Shown in pieces: positions 60,484 to 64,000 of a DNA stretch of 64,000 bases. The stretch lies in the NCBI RefSeq assembly GCF_030837785.1, contig NZ_JAUQYA010000023.1. One strand, written 5' to 3'. Source of the stretch: Albidovulum sp. (GTDB lineage: Bacteria; Pseudomonadota; Alphaproteobacteria; Rhodobacterales; Rhodobacteraceae). Below the pieces are notes generated by a model. The model was not told the DNA's origin. It worked only from the letters and a program-made list of their open reading frames with translations, and did no database searches. Positions within the stretch are counted from its first letter, which is position 1. Each line of letters begins with the position of its first letter. The position numbers and the translations under genes are program-made.

Positions 60484-60947
60484 CAGGCGACCTGGAACAC
60501 CGCCTCGATCTCCACCGCGACGCCGAGCGGCAGCGCGGGGGCCGAGACCGCGGCGCGGGCGTGGCGGCCGGCTTCGCCGAAGACCGCGACCATCAGGTCG
60601 GAGCAGCCGTTGACGACCTTGGGCTGATCGGTGAAGTCCGGGGTGGAGTTGACGAAGCCGGTCAGCTTCACCACCCGCACCACCCGGCCGAGGTCGCCGC
60701 CGAGCGCCGCGCGCGCCTGGGCGATCAGGCTGAGGCCGCAGCGCCGGGCGGCTTCGGCGCCTTCGGCCAGGTCCATCGTGTCGCCCAGCCGTCCCTTGAT
60801 CAGGCCGTCGGGGCCCTGCGAGATCTGGCCGGAGACGAAGAGCAGGTCGCCCGAACGCACGTAGGGCACGTAGTTCGCCGCCGGGGCGGGCGCGTCGGGC
60901 AGGGTGAGGCCAAGCTCGGCGAGGCGGGCGTCGATGGTTCCGGGCAT
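60483..60947 (-). CDS. RidA/YjgF family protein
   Basis: PAANYVP, SGQ, NGCSDL and GRHARAAV motifs. Confidence 0.92.
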   Translation of the reverse strand: MPGTIDARLAELGLTLPDAPAPAANYVPYVRSGDLLFVSGQISQGPDGLIKGRLGDTMDLAEGAEAARRCGLSLIAQARAALGGDLGRVVRVVKLTGFVNSTPDFTDQPKVVNGCSDLMVAVFGEAGRHARAAVSAPALPLGVAVEIEAVFQVA

Positions 60948-61024
60948 GTGTGTCTCCTCCCACAGGCGAATCCGTTCCGGGCCGGTTTTAGCGGCCCCGC
61001 CCGCCGCGGGAAAGGGCGGCCGGA

Positions 61025-61501
61025 TCAGAGCGGAAGGACGAAGCGCGGCAGGAGCCGGCCGGGAATGGCGGGGCTGGCGGCCTCTCCGGCCGGGCGCGCG
61101 CCCATCCGCAGGAAGAAGCCCGCGGCGCCGGGATCGCTGTCGATGACAAGTTCGTGCGCGCCCGCCGCCCGTGCCGACCGCACGGCGTCGGCGAAAAGTG
61201 CCGCGCCGGCCCCCCTGCGCAGCGCCCTCGGCTCGACATAGATCTTGTCGAGCCTCGCCGACCGGCCGTCTGCCGTCACCTGCGCGATGCCGATCGCATG
61301 GCCGCGCCGTTCGGCCATTGCGACAAGCGAGCGGACGAGGTCATCGGGACGCAGTTCCAGAAACGGCCGGCAGGCGGCGATGAAGCCGGCGCTGTAGCCC
61401 CAGACGGCTTTCGAGCGCAGGCAGAGTAGCGACAGGTTCGCAAGGTCGCCCGGAAGGGCGGGTCTAATGCGGATCGGACTGTCAGCTCTCCCGGAAGGCA
61501 C
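61025..61501 (-). CDS. GNAT family N-acetyltransferase
   Basis: RSKAVWGY, VEPRALRRGAG and SDPGAAGFF motifs; start uncertain. Confidence 0.85.
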   Translation of the reverse strand: MPSGRADSPIRIRPALPGDLANLSLLCLRSKAVWGYSAGFIAACRPFLELRPDDLVRSLVAMAERRGHAIGIAQVTADGRSARLDKIYVEPRALRRGAGAALFADAVRSARAAGAHELVIDSDPGAAGFFLRMGARPAGEAASPAIPGRLLPRFVLPL

Positions 61502-62792
61502 GGTTGAAATACTCCGCGAGCGGCTTCACCAGATAGGCAAGCGGCGTGCGTTCGCCCGTGCGGATGAATACCTCGACGGGCATTCCGGGAATGATGGCAT
61601 GTCCTTCGAGTTTGGCAAGTTCGCCGGGCCCGAGAACGACCTCGGTGCGGTAATATGCCGCTTCGCTCTGTTCGTCGGTCAGGGCGTCTGCGGAAATCCG
61701 CGAGACCTGGCCGAGAAGCTCGGGCGTGGTGCGGCTGTCGAAGGCGGAGAAGCGCAGCGCCACCTCCTGGCCCACGCGCACTTCGTCGACATGGATCGGA
61801 GAGACCCGGGCGGCGATGACAAGGGGGCGGTCCTGCGGCACCAGGTAGAGCACGGGTTCGGCCGCGCGGATCACCGCGCGCGGGGTCGTGACCTGCAGCG
61901 CATGGACGATCCCCGCGACCGGCGCGCGGATGTCCAGCCGGTCGACCTGTTCCTTCAGCGCGCGCCGCCGCTCGGCCAGTTCCAGCTCCCGGTAGCCGAG
62001 ATCGCGGAGCTGGCTGTTGGCCTCCTCCCGCCGGGTGCTGCCGCGCTTGAGGATCTCGATGTCGATCTCGGTCACCTTGCCCTCGGCTTCGGCGCGGGTG
62101 GCATCAAGTTCGCCGGCGACGCCTTCGAGCCGTGCCTTCTCGCGTTCGAGGGCGAGGACCCGGCCGGCCTGGGTGAGCCCCTTGTCAAGCAGCGCCGTGA
62201 GGTCGGCGAGTTCCCTGCCGATGAGGACAAGCTGGCTGTCGGTCGCCGCGCGCTGGGCGGCGATGCCGTCGATCTGGTTGGCGATCTGGCCGCGGCGGCG
62301 CTGAAGCTGGTCGATCTCGTTGGCCTCGGTTTCCGCCTTCGCGGCGAACAGCCGTTCCTGGCCGGTCATCAGCGCGGCGATCCCGGGGTCCTGGTCGCCC
62401 GACCGCACGAGTTCCTCGGGGAAGCTGATCCGCGTCGCGTCGTCGCGCTCTGCCTCCAGCCGGCCGCGACGGGCGAGGATTTCGAAGAACTGGCCCTCGA
62501 CGATCGCGAGTTCGGAATCGAGGAGCGTCCCGTCGAGCCGGACGAGCGGCGCGCCCGCCGCGACGAGGTCGCCGTCCTTGACAAGGATCTCGGCCACCAC
62601 GCCGCCGTCGGGATGCTGGACGACCTGGCGGTTCTGCTCCACCTCCACCTGGCCGCCCGCGACGACGGCGCCGGCGATGCGGGTGGTCACCGACCAGAGC
62701 CCGAAGCCGCAGAGAAGGAGCGCGAGGGCGAGAAGCCCGAGAACGACCGGGCCGCGCGCGGAAGGAACCCGGGAAGGACCCCTTGCGGTCAT
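61482..62792 (-). CDS. Type I secretion membrane fusion protein (HlyD/PrtE family)
   Basis: VQHPDGGVV, IRAPVAG and PGMPVEVFI...YLVKP motifs. Confidence 0.93.
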   Translation of the reverse strand: MTARGPSRVPSARGPVVLGLLALALLLCGFGLWSVTTRIAGAVVAGGQVEVEQNRQVVQHPDGGVVAEILVKDGDLVAAGAPLVRLDGTLLDSELAIVEGQFFEILARRGRLEAERDDATRISFPEELVRSGDQDPGIAALMTGQERLFAAKAETEANEIDQLQRRRGQIANQIDGIAAQRAATDSQLVLIGRELADLTALLDKGLTQAGRVLALEREKARLEGVAGELDATRAEAEGKVTEIDIEILKRGSTRREEANSQLRDLGYRELELAERRRALKEQVDRLDIRAPVAGIVHALQVTTPRAVIRAAEPVLYLVPQDRPLVIAARVSPIHVDEVRVGQEVALRFSAFDSRTTPELLGQVSRISADALTDEQSEAAYYRTEVVLGPGELAKLEGHAIIPGMPVEVFIRTGERTPLAYLVKPLAEYFNRAFRES

Positions 62793-64000
62793 GTCACGCC
62801 TCCCATTCCGGGTGTGCGGGCGATCTCTGTCGCGTTCCGGACCATGCTCTTCAACACCTCGTCGCGCGGCCCGTAGGCCCGCCGCATGCCGCCGTCGAGG
62901 AACAGGATCTGGTCGCATTCCTGGATCGCGGCAGGCCGGTGGGCCATGATCAGGACCGAGCGCCCGTCGGCCTTCATCGCCCGGATCGCGGCATTGAGCG
63001 CCATCGAGCCGTCGTTGTCGAGGTTGGCGTTGGGCTCGTCGAGAACCAGGATCACCGGGTCGCCATAGAGCGCCCGGGCGAGCCCGATGCGCTGGATCTG
63101 GCCGCCCGACAGGCGCCCGCCGGCCTGGGCGACGCGGGTGTCGTAGCCCTCGGGCAGGTCGAGGATCATCTGGTGCGCCGCGGCCTTCTGCGCGGCGGCG
63201 ACCACGGCGGCGGCATCGGGCAGGGGGGCGAGGCGGGCGATGTTCTCGGCGATCGTGCCGTCGAACAGGGTCACCCGCTGCGGCAGGTAGCCGACATGGG
63301 CGCCGAGCATGTCGGGGTCGTACTGGTCGAGCGTGGCGCCATCGAGCCGGATCCAGCCCCCCGCCGGGCGCCAGACGCCGGTGAGCGCGCGCGCGAGGGT
63401 GGACTTGCCGGCGCCGGAGGGGCCGATGACGCCGAGCGCCTGGCCCGGTTCCAGCCGGAAGGACACCATGCGGAGCGCCGCCTGGCTCTGACCCGGCGGC
63501 ACGACGGTGAGCTGGTTGGCCTCGAGCACCGCCCGCGGCTTCGGGAGTGCGGTGCGCGGGGCCTGCGGCGGCACGGCCGTGAGCAGCGCCGCGAGGCGGC
63601 CCCGCGCCTCCTGCGCGCGCTGGACGAGCGCCCAGCCGCCGATCGCCTGTTCGACGGGGGCGAGCGCGCGGCCCATCAGGATCGAGGAGGCGACCATCGC
63701 GCCGGGCGTGAGTTCGCCCCTCAGCACCAGAAGCGCGCCGACGGCGAGCATCGCCGATTGCAGGAAGAGCCGGAAGGTGCGGGAGAAGATCGAATAGACG
63801 CCGGACTGGTCGGACGCCGCGATGGAACCGGAGAGAGCCTCGCCCCGCGCGGCGGCCCAGCGTTCGAAGGTCGCGCCGCGCATCCCCATGCTCTGGACCA
63901 GATCGGCCTCGTCGCGGATCTGGTCGGCCATCCGGTCGGCCCGGAGCGTCGCGGCATGGGCGGCGAGGACCGCCCGGCGGGTGTTGGCCTGGTTGAGCGC
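62789..64000 (-). CDS. Type I secretion ABC permease/ATPase (PrtD family), 5' end outside the window
   Basis: ASSILMGRALAP, GPSGAGKST, GYLPQ, LSGGQ and LDEPNANLD motifs. Confidence 0.93.
   Translation of the reverse strand, partial: ALNQANTRRAVLAAHAATLRADRMADQIRDEADLVQSMGMRGATFERWAAARGEALSGSIAASDQSGVYSIFSRTFRLFLQSAMLAVGALLVLRGELTPGAMVASSILMGRALAPVEQAIGGWALVQRAQEARGRLAALLTAVPPQAPRTALPKPRAVLEANQLTVVPPGQSQAALRMVSFRLEPGQALGVIGPSGAGKSTLARALTGVWRPAGGWIRLDGATLDQYDPDMLGAHVGYLPQRVTLFDGTIAENIARLAPLPDAAAVVAAAQKAAAHQMILDLPEGYDTRVAQAGGRLSGGQIQRIGLARALYGDPVILVLDEPNANLDNDGSMALNAAIRAMKADGRSVLIMAHRPAAIQECDQILFLDGGMRRAYGPRDEVLKSMVRNATEIARTPGMGGVT

Noticed and set aside
61482..64000. Type I secretion genes as a possible novel toxin system
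   Set aside because: Ordinary PrtD/PrtE-type pair; the substrate is not in the window, so nothing further can be supported

Overview
This is a high-GC chromosomal segment whose gene content and order suggest a Rhodobacteraceae/Paracoccaceae alphaproteobacterium; that assignment is inferred, not searched. It is mostly core genome: mbfA, pepT, an M17 aminopeptidase with NlpC/P60, carbonic anhydrase, pyrB-pyrC-plsY, udg, tsaC, acyl-CoA dehydrogenase, cytochrome c oxidase subunit IV, greA, ETF-QO, ispE, ispB, phaAB, argH, lysA, ftsEX, accA, mcl, dgcA-dat, rsmD, a peroxiredoxin and the 3' part of a type I secretion ABC/HlyD pair. I found no rRNA, tRNA, CRISPR array, transposase, integrase or phage gene, and no large novel multi-gene system that I can support. 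The best leads are small: (1) a ~108-nt structured intergenic sRNA candidate with a C-rich loop and its own terminator (3708-3815, minus); (2) a small secreted two-Cys protein preceded by three TGAAC-N6-GTTCA operators, next to a TetR gene; (3) a lower-GC DUF4268-like gene coupled on both sides inside pyrB-pyrC; (4) a His-less HPt-like protein and an RHH plus relaxase-like orphan flanking carbonic anhydrase; (5) twin micro-lipoproteins and a CecR-ABC efflux cassette between argH and lysA; (6) REP-like elements, a structured 430-bp intergenic region and repeated 10-13-bp tandem micro-duplications. All family assignments come from recognising motifs by eye.
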